A DNA stretch of 60,102 nucleotides from a virus (lineage: Duplodnaviria; Caudoviricetes), in IMG/VR virus record IMGVR_UViG_3300032286_000443, positions 1-60,102 of that record; one strand, 5' to 3'. The position numbers and the translations under genes are program-made. Below are positions 37,201 to 47,100 of this stretch, piece by piece; position 1 is the stretch's first letter, and each line of letters starts with the position of its first letter. The notes under the pieces were generated by a model that was given only the letters and a program-made list of their open reading frames with translations, was not told the DNA's origin and ran no database searches.

Positions 37201-39316
37201 CGTTGTCTACCCACATCCATGAATCTTCATCAGCACCTTGCGGGCCAGCTGTGATACCAGCATAGTTGCCTGCTACAGTTTTTAGTGTAGCACCGTTGAT
37301 AATGCTACCATCCGGCAACGCCACAACACCGCCGTCGGTAACTTCTAATGTGTATTGATTGTTAAGTCCCGGGTTGGGATTTTTATTGTACAGTTTACTG
37401 GTGGTGATCTTTCCATTGTCTAGGTTGTTGACAAAGCCAAGACCAAAGTCGGATATGGATAGTCCGCCACCGCCACTGCCACCGTGCGTTGCAACATAAT
37501 CTATTACATACGACTCTGTAGCAAGATTAGTGGAGGTAGAGAGATTAGTAGATCCAACAATCAATTTGTTAGTAGCAGTATCTATTGTTAGAGGAACCTT
37601 ACCAATATAGATTGTACTAGTTCCTACCCATAGACTGCGCCATTGTGTACTGCTTGAACCTAGATCGTAAGAAAGATTTTCTGCTGGTAATAGGTGGCCG
37701 CCGAATGTGCTGCTACGATCTAACTTGCTCATTACCAGAGTAGCAGTAGTTCCGTTATTGTATCCGCCTGTACTTTCCTCGCTCCAAAACACTAGATTTC
37801 CGCTGCTGCCGATATGTAGCGTAGCAGTAGATCCGTCTATGTGAACAAACGCATCTCTGGGACCAATAGCGCCATAGCTAGTACCGGAATTAGTAGAGTT
37901 AATACCCAACTGTACATAATCACCAATGTTATTCATTGCTTGATAAATGGCCTGTGCCGCACTGTTGTTCAGTGTATTGCGAACTGTAAAGTTCAGCGGG
38001 CCAGGTGTTCCAATAATAGTTTGAACTGCACGGTTGAATACCCAAGCAGAATCATCTAAGTAGCCTGCACTGTCTAGTGTAGTTGATCCCCCTGCATGGA
38101 ATATTAGTCGTTTACCGGGATTCTGTGTACCGATGATTAGGTCTGCATCATTGGTAAAAATGTAAGCGGAACCAGGTGTGTGCACACCAAAATTCTCTTC
38201 TTCTACGTAGTTAGAACTATTGATACCTATGTCTAGTAAACCTGTTGCTGATTCCACACTACCGTTGTTGCGAATAAAGATAATATCACTAGTTGCAGTA
38301 GTACCGGTGTTTATATTCTGCACAGTTACCTGTGTGTAATTAGGCTGATCAGTGTCTATCCTAAATAATGTACCAGGAACTTCTTCGCCGTTGTATGCTC
38401 CCTGTTGATCTAAGGTCAATACGCCTTGACCGGTCAAGACCAGAGCGCTGGTTCCGGATGTTAATCTATCAGATAATCCGGTGATAAGACCGGCGGCAGA
38501 ACCTTGAATTGTTCCGTCAGGGAATACTATACCACCATTGGCATTAAACTGCCAACTGTGACTGGTATTGGCGATGTTAACTCCATCAGGGCCACCGTTA
38601 ATCCAAACACCTCTACTGTTGGCCAACACCCCAGTAAGTTCTGGGCCTCGCAATGATACCAATCCTATTGCGTAATCTTGTGATCGGCCGCTAGTTGTGG
38701 TAATGGTAAAAGGTGTACCAGTGCTAGCTGAATAAACTCCAACACTGGGCATGTAACCGTTAGTAGATACCGCTCCTACGCCAGCTAGGTATGTTGCTGA
38801 ATTAATAATATCAACTGTACCAATAGACGCAACAGCACCCCTGTTATTTCCAGGTAAAGCATCTGTATTCAACAGCATCTGAGATCGGCCAGCAACTACT
38901 CTTGCAGACCCGGTTGTGATACTACTAGAAGTACTAGATACTTCCTCTAAGAAAATCTTAGGAGAATAGATGAATGTAGACGTAGATCCTATCAGCGCAT
39001 TCTTAGGAGTAATCAAGTTATTAAAAACAAACTTGTAACTTCCTAAAATTGGAAAAAAGTTTAATGCTATACCGTTTGTTACCGGATCGTATGATAGACG
39101 TGCACTGCTGGTATTTAAATATACATCACCAAGAAGGGTCGAGGTGTTTATTACTGTTATACTGTCAAATACAGGATCAAGATTAAATGCAGGGGAATTA
39201 TCAATAGTGTTCTGTAAAGATGTAAAGTTTTGATTAACTTTGGTAAAAGCAGTTCGGATGCTGTCGCCGTTGCCCGAGTTGCTGTTGGTACCTGTATTGA
39301 TGTAGAGAATTGGCAT
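34274..39316 (-). CDS. Large fibre/baseplate protein with gp9/gp10-like N-terminus
   Basis: INTGTNSNSGNGDSIRTAFTKVNQNF; about 11 WxFxxxGxLTxP repeats. Confidence 0.8.
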   Translation of the reverse strand: MPILYINTGTNSNSGNGDSIRTAFTKVNQNFTSLQNTIDNSPAFNLDPVFDSITVINTSTLLGDVYLNTSSARLSYDPVTNGIALNFFPILGSYKFVFNNLITPKNALIGSTSTFIYSPKIFLEEVSSTSSSITTGSARVVAGRSQMLLNTDALPGNNRGAVASIGTVDIINSATYLAGVGAVSTNGYMPSVGVYSASTGTPFTITTTSGRSQDYAIGLVSLRGPELTGVLANSRGVWINGGPDGVNIANTSHSWQFNANGGIVFPDGTIQGSAAGLITGLSDRLTSGTSALVLTGQGVLTLDQQGAYNGEEVPGTLFRIDTDQPNYTQVTVQNINTGTTATSDIIFIRNNGSVESATGLLDIGINSSNYVEEENFGVHTPGSAYIFTNDADLIIGTQNPGKRLIFHAGGSTTLDSAGYLDDSAWVFNRAVQTIIGTPGPLNFTVRNTLNNSAAQAIYQAMNNIGDYVQLGINSTNSGTSYGAIGPRDAFVHIDGSTATLHIGSSGNLVFWSEESTGGYNNGTTATLVMSKLDRSSTFGGHLLPAENLSYDLGSSSTQWRSLWVGTSTIYIGKVPLTIDTATNKLIVGSTNLSTSTNLATESYVIDYVATHGGSGGGGLSISDFGLGFVNNLDNGKITTSKLYNKNPNPGLNNQYTLEVTDGGVVALPDGSIINGATLKTVAGNYAGITAGPQGADEDSWMWVDNDGATISTKYSTDQFTWKFTNSGTFTLPYGQSIGSGTLDGIKLTTDRGTVLFGNTPECVPTLASHFHIMRDDPTTVDLFFGDDYNYVKLPYYSTLTNVGVEINADGYSWQFDKSGVLTVPSGMTIGDEGGGQGIYGSDNASIGVGAQGSGGSVSLVWVDNRSTIGSTSTQTQVAGVILNSPLASSSGTVQIATGLATGLTVQNVWEFGANGNLTVPDDIQDVNGSVIRVATTSTAPTRVNGQLWFNSEEGRTYIKYNGQWIDASPTIVPRPETYLGNITIDDDILNINGSTLTISNTGTLLVNGAEVTGSGSSVSFEYSTVQEGLSGGDGVTSITGDHAYDTGVGLTSEKWAQLMWVPDTSVVTVDDIDDGPAVYNWAYVDDSGFIVETDDGTDEYRWKFNKDGVLMLPNAGDIQRNGISVLGGGSASTNSINSGSYSVSIVDSGVVTMATSRGNIEFGALPEPGGPSHFHIMKASSSTDVDLYFGDDYNYVLQRGNSMSELAGHTNDYGVEIGTRDLSTGTSQQYVWRFGTDGSLTLPDGGPILFGGNNCQIQALQGFTISSDGGIVVEVIDKQWLFGPDGELTLPDNAPVIRGGGTGTDVTVIASDGTNTSTWVFGANGTLTLPTFAGSPSIVTIESFSNVSLGSNLYYWNFGTDGNLTFPNNSKFDGQTLTDHSSSTNYTLKIANGGGAGSVFGIGTGDATYGIANDALNHALNGYVPYTVTAQRIDLTVPGGGTWTLDSDGTTAFPDNTLQSPPGEYLIIQSDTSVALQWATTGTIALHPTQSSFEVGAFGAVITATTGTDVGSQVGSAWTFLPNGNMRFPDSTVQTTAYTGTVAYSNITGAPTPTYTSTYTGWFKAAGTVVQLDTLLARINSTGTMQISSTIVETIGQGSAFAWNGVRNKGATMSSFGQGGTNWVMPGDWLDISATPLDNEFEVATVSVFKLGGTGSLYRITYVGATNNKWSVNIERVAQG

Positions 39317-39378
39317 GGATGTTCCTTGTGCTTTACCATATTTAGTTTTTAATTTTATAATCCGAATGTAAATAACTT

Positions 39379-39666
39379 ATGTTTTTAGAAACAAAGCGTA
39401 TAACAAAAACCTACAAACGCTCCAGTAAACAGGGATTAGAACACAGCTACCAACGATCAAGCACGTTGGCTGTATTTCAATGTGATAGCTGCAATTGTCA
39501 GTTCGAAAGAAGCGTGGGACACATGGATAAACGCAGGTTGAATAACAACTATTTCCATGTCTGCTCTAATTGCGATACCAAAAGATTTGCCCAAAGTAAG
39601 GGTGTTGAGCGTAGACTCATTTGGAATATGTCAGTGGACACTGACTTAGATATTAGCAAGATTTAG
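39379..39666 (+). CDS. Zinc-ribbon protein
   Basis: CDSC and CSNC pairs. Confidence 0.7.
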   Translation: MFLETKRITKTYKRSSKQGLEHSYQRSSTLAVFQCDSCNCQFERSVGHMDKRRLNNNYFHVCSNCDTKRFAQSKGVERRLIWNMSVDTDLDISKI

Positions 39667-39667
39667 G

Positions 39668-39696
39668 TTGACAAAACCATATTGACTCTGTTAAAA
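39668..39696 (+). promoter_or_regulatory. Sigma70-like promoter
   Basis: TTGACA-17 bp-TAAAAT. Confidence 0.6.
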
Positions 39697-39731
39697 TAAT
39701 AGAGTAGAAACACTACAATAAATATTAAATT

Positions 39732-40247
39732 ATGAGCACACTCTTACTTAATGCTGACGCAAATCCTGTAAGTTGGTTGCCACTGAGCATTATCAACTGG
39801 CAGGACGCTATTCGCTACATGGTATCCGAAAAGGCTATCGTGCTGGATTGGTACGACGATTGGATTGTACATTCTGCAACTTGGGAAACAGCCGTACCCT
39901 CGGTTATGATCCTAACTGAATACCAAAAACCAAAAACCGCAGTTCGCTACTCCAAAGCCAACGTGTTCCTGCGCGACAATTATGTTTGCCAGTACTGCGG
40001 TGATGCTGTTAGCAAAAAGTCTGCCACTTTGGATCACGTTGTGCCAACTAGTCATGGCGGTACTTCAACCTGGGAAAATAGTTCTACTGCCTGCGGCCCA
40101 TGTAACGCCAACAAGGGTAACAACAAGAAGATCGTTCCCAAAGTCAAGCCATGGAAGCCTAACTATTTCCAATTGGTTGAAAGACGCAAAAAGATGGGTT
40201 GGGAACATATTCCACATGATTCGTGGAAAAACTACTTGGAAACATGA
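39732..40247 (+). CDS. HNH endonuclease (McrA-like)
   Basis: RDNYVCQYCG, TLDHVVP.SHGG...WEN...AC..CN..KGN. Confidence 0.9.
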   Translation: MSTLLLNADANPVSWLPLSIINWQDAIRYMVSEKAIVLDWYDDWIVHSATWETAVPSVMILTEYQKPKTAVRYSKANVFLRDNYVCQYCGDAVSKKSATLDHVVPTSHGGTSTWENSSTACGPCNANKGNNKKIVPKVKPWKPNYFQLVERRKKMGWEHIPHDSWKNYLET

Positions 40248-40269
40248 AGAGCCCCAAAAGGGGCTTTTT
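40247..40269. terminator. Intrinsic terminator between convergent genes
   Basis: GCCCC-AAAA-GGGGC followed by TTTTT. Confidence 0.75.
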
Positions 40270-40333
40270 ATTGACTATAATTTAGTCGTTAGTGATTAGA
40301 CCAGTTATCATATGATCATTGGCCTACACTCTT

Positions 40334-40552
40334 TTATTTTGATCGATATACAATGCGACACTTGGTTAGATCGTAAGGGCTCATTTCTACACGAACCTTA
40401 TCGCCTAACAAAATCTGGATTCTGTTTTGCCGCATCTTGCCTGAGATGAATCCCAAGACTTCAGAACCCTGTTCCAACTTTACCCTAAACGTTGCGTTTG
40501 GGAGGCACTCCTCAATTTTGCCTTCGAAGCTAATTGCATCTTCTTTTGCCAC
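40334..40552 (-). CDS. infA: Translation initiation factor IF-1
   Basis: MAKEDAI.FEG...[10 protein letters not shown]...[29 protein letters not shown]; GTG start. Confidence 0.96.
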   Translation of the reverse strand: MAKEDAISFEGKIEECLPNATFRVKLEQGSEVLGFISGKMRQNRIQILLGDKVRVEMSPYDLTKCRIVYRSK

Positions 40553-40612
40553 GATTAAACCTTTTCTCCTTTTAGTATGTTAATGACCATTTCTTTAGCT
40601 CTCCTGTCCATA

Positions 40613-41905
40613 TTATAGTTTCTCTCCTGCTGTAAAACCACGGAATCGAAGAGCTCGTGGAAAGCGGAGAGAATATACGTCCTCACTATCTTGGCTCTGA
40701 GTGATTGCATCCGCTCGGACTTCCAGGACTTGACCAATGACTTCGTCGTCGATCTCGGCTCTCTGATCGTCTGTCCAGCCGGAGCCAACGTTAACACGAA
40801 TAAACTTGCCGTCCTCTTCGCCTTCGCAGATAACTGCACCCATTTTGCCTTCATTTTTACCTGTTCCCGGTTCAATACCAACAATAGTTAAACTTACTTC
40901 AATAAATGGTTTTTGTTTGAGCCAGGCCACATGGCGCTTGCAGACATAAGGTGCGTCAATGTCTTTGATCATAATGCCCTCAAATCCTGCATCAATAGCG
41001 TCCTTGTTGTATTGTTTGAATTGCATCTCGCCAACGGCGGTGTCTAGATCAACTTCCAGCTGTGGGATAATGTCAATACCGCCAACCTTGTCTAGCACAG
41101 GTTTCATACTGCGTAGAAGATTACTACGTCGACGTTGACTCATGACGCTTTTGCCTTTACGGAACTCACTGAGTGGAATAACATCAAAAGCCATAAGACG
41201 TGCGTCGGCTGCGTCAGCATCACTCTTGCGATGTACCTGTTTCATCAACGCTTGGAAACTTGAACTAACAACTTCTCCATCAATAACAACACTGCGTTCG
41301 AACAATTCAATATTGTCTTCAATACCTCGGGTAATGTGCCCAAAGTTTTCCAAAATCTTGCCATTGCGGCTATAGATTACAGCAGTTTTGGCAACTGCGT
41401 CAATAATCAGCAGGGCCCGAACACCGTCTAGCTTTGGCTCTAGCAGTTTCTTGCCGGAAACTTTGCTTTCGTGGTTGGCACCATCGTGTGCCAACATGCA
41501 TTCGAATACAGGCACCGCATTTTTCTTAATCTTGTTGATAGTCTTTTCACTTACTCCGCAACGAAGATCTTTAATAAGGATACGGCGGTACCAGTCGTTC
41601 CACTGTGCACCTGTGCTGGCTGACAGGGCTAATTCAATTGCCGAACGAGCATCATCACCTGTAAGTTGGCGTGTGCTCAACAGATGACATAGTTCTTTGA
41701 ATGCAGCCCAGGGCAGTCCTTGCCCGTCCGGGCCGCTGTGTTTAGGAACCTTTTTAACACCAAATGTGATATAAGGGCTAAGTGCTAGTTCAAAGCCTTC
41801 AAACAGCTCTGCATTGTCTGTTTGGGCTTCGATGATTGCTTCTTTGTTTAGTCGGCTGGCGTGTTCTTCCAGACTACGGATTACTGCATCGCAAGGATCA
41901 ATCAT
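40613..41905 (-). CDS. ATP-dependent DNA ligase
   Basis: EPKLDGVR, IDGEV, FEGIMIK, WLKQK, SLRFPR motifs. Confidence 0.95.
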   Translation of the reverse strand: MIDPCDAVIRSLEEHASRLNKEAIIEAQTDNAELFEGFELALSPYITFGVKKVPKHSGPDGQGLPWAAFKELCHLLSTRQLTGDDARSAIELALSASTGAQWNDWYRRILIKDLRCGVSEKTINKIKKNAVPVFECMLAHDGANHESKVSGKKLLEPKLDGVRALLIIDAVAKTAVIYSRNGKILENFGHITRGIEDNIELFERSVVIDGEVVSSSFQALMKQVHRKSDADAADARLMAFDVIPLSEFRKGKSVMSQRRRSNLLRSMKPVLDKVGGIDIIPQLEVDLDTAVGEMQFKQYNKDAIDAGFEGIMIKDIDAPYVCKRHVAWLKQKPFIEVSLTIVGIEPGTGKNEGKMGAVICEGEEDGKFIRVNVGSGWTDDQRAEIDDEVIGQVLEVRADAITQSQDSEDVYSLRFPRALRFRGFTAGEKL

Positions 41906-41983
41906 ATTTAGATTTGTGTTGTGTTGAACATGCTACTAGTATAACACCAAAAGTGGTATTTGTCAATGCCATTTTTACCATTT

Positions 41984-42307
41984 TTACACAGTAAAACTAG
42001 ATCCGCATCCGCAACTGCTGACTGCATTTGGGTTTATAATGGTAAAATTACTGCCCATTAGTTCTTCTTTGTAGTCTATGGTAGCGCCCATCATGTATTG
42101 CATACTCATAGCATCTACTAGAACTTTAAAGGGGCCGACTTCTACTTCAAAGTCATCTTCGTTCTTAACTTCATCTAGGGTAAATCCATATTGGAATCCC
42201 GAACAGCCACCACCTTGAACAAATGTACGCAGGCAGATTGCAGGATTCCCTTCATCATAAAGGATACCAAGTATCTTTTCTCGGGCACGTTCGGTAAGTT
42301 CTATCAT
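41984..42307 (-). CDS. erpA: A-type Fe-S cluster carrier (ErpA/IscA/HesB)
   Basis: GGGCSGFQYGF and CGCGSSF. Confidence 0.9.
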   Translation of the reverse strand: MIELTERAREKILGILYDEGNPAICLRTFVQGGGCSGFQYGFTLDEVKNEDDFEVEVGPFKVLVDAMSMQYMMGATIDYKEELMGSNFTIINPNAVSSCGCGSSFTV

Positions 42308-42353
42308 ATTATTATTTACGCCATAAATATTTTTATCAATGAAAAGAGGTCAT

Positions 42354-42692
42354 ATGAAGCCCTGGACTAGAGACGATACCAAGTGTTGGATTGAAGTACT
42401 TGAGGGTCGGTTGGATGATATTAACTATTATTTAGATCGCACTACTCATTGGTGCGAAGAAAACTACATCGAAAACGAACGAACGGTATTCATATGCTGT
42501 TTCTTAACCTGCATTTGGGTAAGTCAGTTACGTGGAGAAGACATTACCTATATCGAACTAATGGAGCTATTAGGGATAGAAGATATAGAAACTTTAGAAG
42601 AAAAGATCTTCTCTTTAGATGCTGAATATTTAGAGCTCGAGCACGACGAGTTGCTTAAAGAAGCTGTGGCAAAATTAGAAAGAGATGAGTGA
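42354..42692 (+). CDS. Hypothetical acidic protein
   Basis: GAGG RBS before ATG 42354; TAAATA upstream. Confidence 0.6.
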   Translation: MKPWTRDDTKCWIEVLEGRLDDINYYLDRTTHWCEENYIENERTVFICCFLTCIWVSQLRGEDITYIELMELLGIEDIETLEEKIFSLDAEYLELEHDELLKEAVAKLERDE

Positions 42693-42698
42693 GATTGA

Positions 42699-42941
42699 TT
42701 ACTTGCTGTCGTAATCTTTAACACGGCCGCCGTGAATCTCACTCTTGGCTTTTTTGCCTCTTAGAGAAACTCCACTGCCCTTAACACCTTGGCGACCTGT
42801 GCCATCAGTATGGCCGCTGTCGTGAGCACGTAGCCCTTGGCTAACGCATTGTGCGTATCGAACGTTGCTTAGACGTTTGACAGCACATTGGCTAGCCGTA
42901 GGAGTGGGTAGTTTCTTTTCTAAAAGTTCTTGGATTCGCAT
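42699..42941 (-). CDS. Small basic protein (candidate internal head protein)
   Basis: N-terminus MRIQELLE. Confidence 0.6.
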   Translation of the reverse strand: MRIQELLEKKLPTPTASQCAVKRLSNVRYAQCVSQGLRAHDSGHTDGTGRQGVKGSGVSLRGKKAKSEIHGGRVKDYDSK

Positions 42942-42949
42942 TCAATTAT

Positions 42950-43261
42950 TTATTTGAATAAGATCAGACTCATCAAAACAGTTTGGGCGGCGAAACCTAA
43001 ACAGATTGTTGCAATGTAAAGACTGTTCTTCTCGATAAGAGCTTTAAAGAACAAGGTAATTAGGGCGCTCCACACAAAGACCATAATGTCTACTGGAGGC
43101 AAAACATCACTCTTGGCCATTAGTACTGCAAGCAGTGTAGGAACACTGCTCAAGTGCAGTAGGATAATGGTAATCCAACCTAGTGTGTGGGCACTGATTT
43201 TTCCAAGGTGATCCCTAAAGAAGGTTGCAATAGAGGTCAAAACAAAATCAAAATATTTCAT
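42950..43261 (-). CDS. Three-helix membrane protein (possible holin)
   Basis: Three hydrophobic segments, directly downstream of the cell-wall hydrolase. Confidence 0.55.
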   Translation of the reverse strand: MKYFDFVLTSIATFFRDHLGKISAHTLGWITIILLHLSSVPTLLAVLMAKSDVLPPVDIMVFVWSALITLFFKALIEKNSLYIATICLGFAAQTVLMSLILFK

Positions 43262-43266
43262 GATGC

Positions 43267-43845
43267 TTACTTATAAAAGATGTGACGGCCAATTTTAGCG
43301 ACTTGTTCTTTGCGCCAGCCGGGGTTTACATAATCTGCATGATAGTACAGAGCTTTTTCTAAACTGGGCAAGCGGAAGCCCTCCAGTAGAACCTTCTTGG
43401 CAGCAACCATGCTTTGATCATAGTTGGCCTTGTTGATTGGTCGTAGTGTCGTGGTACGATCACAGTACCAGCTGAACTGGCATACAACTTTTTCGTAAAA
43501 CACATTTTTTTGATAAATGGTTCTACAGACATCGTCTGGGAACTGTCCACTATTAACTCTGTTAAGAGTCACTTGTGCAACAGCCACTTTCCCTTCAAAG
43601 GGTTCGCTACCAGCCTCGTAATAGATATTTTTAGCCAAGCAGGCTAACTGTCTCTCACGGACCTCGGCGGTAATATCGGAACTTTCTGCTACTGTGATGC
43701 TGGACAGTTTTCCATCTACTGCCCACTTCAGTAACGATACAGATGCCATGACGCTCAAGCTCATCAGCGCTACCATGATTGCAGTGGAGACCCACTTTGG
43801 TAGTTTAATCTGTACCTGTTCCCTATCTAGTGCGATTTCGGTCAT
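43267..43845 (-). CDS. SleB/Hydrolase_2 cell-wall hydrolase with N-terminal membrane anchor
   Basis: CLAKNIYYEAGSE...GKVAVAQVTLNRV, CQFSW, ALYYHADYVNPGW, IGRHIFY. Confidence 0.92.
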   Translation of the reverse strand: MTEIALDREQVQIKLPKWVSTAIMVALMSLSVMASVSLLKWAVDGKLSSITVAESSDITAEVRERQLACLAKNIYYEAGSEPFEGKVAVAQVTLNRVNSGQFPDDVCRTIYQKNVFYEKVVCQFSWYCDRTTTLRPINKANYDQSMVAAKKVLLEGFRLPSLEKALYYHADYVNPGWRKEQVAKIGRHIFYK

Positions 43846-43938
43846 TGTGACCTCCTTTTCTAGTTTCGGTAAGTTAATTTATACAGGAACACTTACTTTA
43901 CATGGAAAAGTGGTAAAAATCAACCGGTTTTGGTAAAA

Positions 43939-44136
43939 TTACTTCTGTGATCGAATAAAAACCAATCCCTGCAGGGCTTGATTAGGATTTTTTTTGAGCA
44001 ACCCTAGCCAAGGATGATCAGGCATGATCTTTAAGAACAGATCGACATTAGTTACACACACATGAAACAACTGACTGACCTCGTCATCAGTAAGTGCTTT
44101 TAAATTAGCAGTTGGATCAATAATTTTTTGTGACAT
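43939..44136 (-). CDS. Small hypothetical protein
   Basis: AAGGA RBS before ATG 44136 (MSQKIIDP), overlapping the upstream gene. Confidence 0.55.
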   Translation of the reverse strand: MSQKIIDPTANLKALTDDEVSQLFHVCVTNVDLFLKIMPDHPWLGLLKKNPNQALQGLVFIRSQK

Positions 44137-47100
44137 TTTTATCCTTTTTATTTTTGATACGCTGGCCCATTGCGCCAACAATAGTTATGAACTTAAACAT
44201 TATACTACGAAGTTTTGGATTCTTCAAGAGCCACAACTTAATTGCCGCCTTCATAAGAAGATTAGACCCAATCTTTCTCATAATTCTGTCAAGGATAACA
44301 CCACCATAAATTGCATTTGGACCGTATTTTTCTGATTCATCAATGATACCGTTTAGTATATTCTGAACTTCATCAAATGTTATAACACCCTGTTCATACA
44401 TTCTGAATGTGGTGGTATCGCCGTCAGCTAAAGACGGAGCACCGTAGTTATAAACTCTAAAAGTAGCATCTCCGTCTGGATAAATGTTGTAGACCTTTTG
44501 ATCGTTTATTTTAGCAATTACCGTATTTTCAGCCTGGTCTACATGACCTATCCAAGGTTGGTAATCCATAGCAATATCCGGACGGGCTGCGGCTAATTTT
44601 CCGTTAATATAAACAGGATGATTTAGTGTAGCAAAAGGTTTGAGCTTGTCTGTAGGGCTCCAGAGTGTATTTGCAAATCCTTTAGAATCCGATATCTGAA
44701 TCATCACAACTCGATTTATTTTAGTTCTGTCATGGTTCATTACAGTATCACCAATTGCAATATCTTCTATTGGCTTAACGGACCCGTCGGCAAGTTCAAC
44801 GGGGGTGCCTTTTGAGAAACAACCAGCAGCTAATGCAGCAGTGATTAAAGTTTCTGCAAGAGTGTAACCAACATAGACTTCGGCTGCGCCAACTGCAACT
44901 GCCCCGACATCGCCGTCCTCAATACCTTCTTTAATCCTGTTAATGCCGTCAACAGTTAATATAACTCCTGCAACGTTTGAGAATGTTAATAATTCGGCGG
45001 CACCAACGGCAGCTCCACCTTCAGCTGCTAGGGCTCCGGTTTCAATAGCAACGTTGGCAGCGGCAGATTCTGCAGTTAGGTATCCAGAGTTAAGGAATGG
45101 AACAGACTCAGCACCCAGGCCCTCTGCTGTAGATTCAAGTAAGAATGATCCAAAATTACCTTCTGTATATACTGTTACGCCTTGGTTAGAAAGGCTTTGA
45201 GCCAGAGATGTAGTGATAGCATCGGCACCGCCTAGTACCTGTACATTAGGAGCAGCAAGAGTGAGAACAGATGTAGCACCTTCAGCGACGACTGCACTTC
45301 CTTGAAAGAATGAACTAAAGTAGTTTACTATGTATCCGCCAACGGTTTGACTTGCGCCAATGTCTATACCTAATTGTGATAACATATATGCACCAAAGCT
45401 GATATTTTGAGACCAAATGATAGTAACACCAACAGCTTCAAGGTACACAATTGAGGTGAATAATCCTAGTTCTATAATAATGTAATCAGTTAGTAAACTA
45501 GACAAGAAGAATGTAATAACTTTGTCTAAAATACTGTTCTTGCCGGATCCGTAACTAAACTGTGTTGGTATTAGTCGCTTGTCAGTTCTTACAGTTCCGT
45601 ACTTGTCAAATCCCAGGAAGTAATCTGTATATGTAGGATCATTGTCAAATCGACCGCCAGTCTTATGAGTGTATCTCGGTATACTTAATTGTTTATAATA
45701 AAAAGACATGTACAGCGATGCAACGGTAACTGTATCGTCTATTTTACCCTCTTGTACAGGAGGAAGTACACTTATTGTAACTTGTCCATAACCGTTGGAT
45801 CTTATTTCAAATATATTGCCGAAATTTTTAGCAGAATATCCAAAGAAGGTACCATAAGGAAACCGTTTATTTTCTGTTGTAGATATTGCAGTAGCAGTAT
45901 CTTTTACACGATAATCGCTACTGTTGAACAATTGAAATTGCCCATCCATGTTGATCGGAATTCTATAAACTTCCCACCAATTTTTATAACTAGGACCAGT
46001 TTGTACAGCGTTTAATGTACTCCAAGTTAAATTGCCTGCTGTATCAACAACAGTCAATGCCATACATAGATTGCCTACAAATCTTATAGCGTGTGTTCCG
46101 GCAGTGAGATTGACAACAGCACTGGTTGTTGATTGATAGTTATTAGAATTGTACGCAGATAGGTTAATTATTTTATTACCATCGATTTCTACATAGCCAG
46201 TTTCGTATACCGAATATTTGATTGTGTAATTTCCATTAGTGGGAATATCAACATTAAAGGTGCACTGAGCATCGTTTGGTCCTATGTAGGTCTGAGGTGA
46301 TACTATTCCGTATGTCGGCAAGAATATATCAGGGTCAGGTGCTAATGCGGTGCCGCGGTTAAAAAGACCAAACAATCCGCCGCCAAGTGATGTTGTAGCA
46401 AGATAAGATTTAAACTTATATCTTGAAGCCGATATTGTGTCGCCGCCCACACCTAAATAATTAACGTCTGCATATCTAGGATCGCCGCCGCCGTTGTCTA
46501 CTGTCGGACTACCGTCCGCACCCATGCCAACTCCGATGGTTACATATCTTGTGCCGCCAATAACGTCATAGCTTACTCCAACGACACTGTTGGTCGCTCC
46601 TAGTGCACTTATCCAATTACCTAGATTTGAATCAACTAAATTCTGATTTACTGTAAATGTAAATGTTTTAGTTGTTGTAACAAAATCTCCAGTAGTGTCT
46701 GATACTTCAACTGTAGCAGTCAAAGTTGCTACGTAGCTGCCATCTGCTGTGTTAAAAGGTTCATAGCTGATAACCACAGACGGATCTGCGGCATTAGGAG
46801 ACTTGGCTAGAACAAAGTTATTTCCGGATTGTGATAGGGTGCAACTGACAATTCTTCTAATTTGGGAAAAATTAGGTACTATGTTTATGGATTGAGTTAG
46901 CTTTTTGTAGGTAGTCAATGCTGTAGAGAATGAACTAGGACTAAAGCTCCACGTGCCTTGAGGTTCTTGTACCAGCACTCTTGTGGGAATAACAACATCG
47001 CCCCTGGTGTTGTTGCTCTTAATGACTACAGGGTTTGAGTGTTCGCCTAGCTCTCTATAAGTGATAGTGGGTTTGTCCCAGTAAAGGCCTACAGTGGTAG

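Noticed and set aside
44430-44821. Canonical splicing intein
   Set aside because: No terminal His-Asn followed by Cys/Ser/Thr and no endonuclease domain; treated as a cleavage-type Hint.
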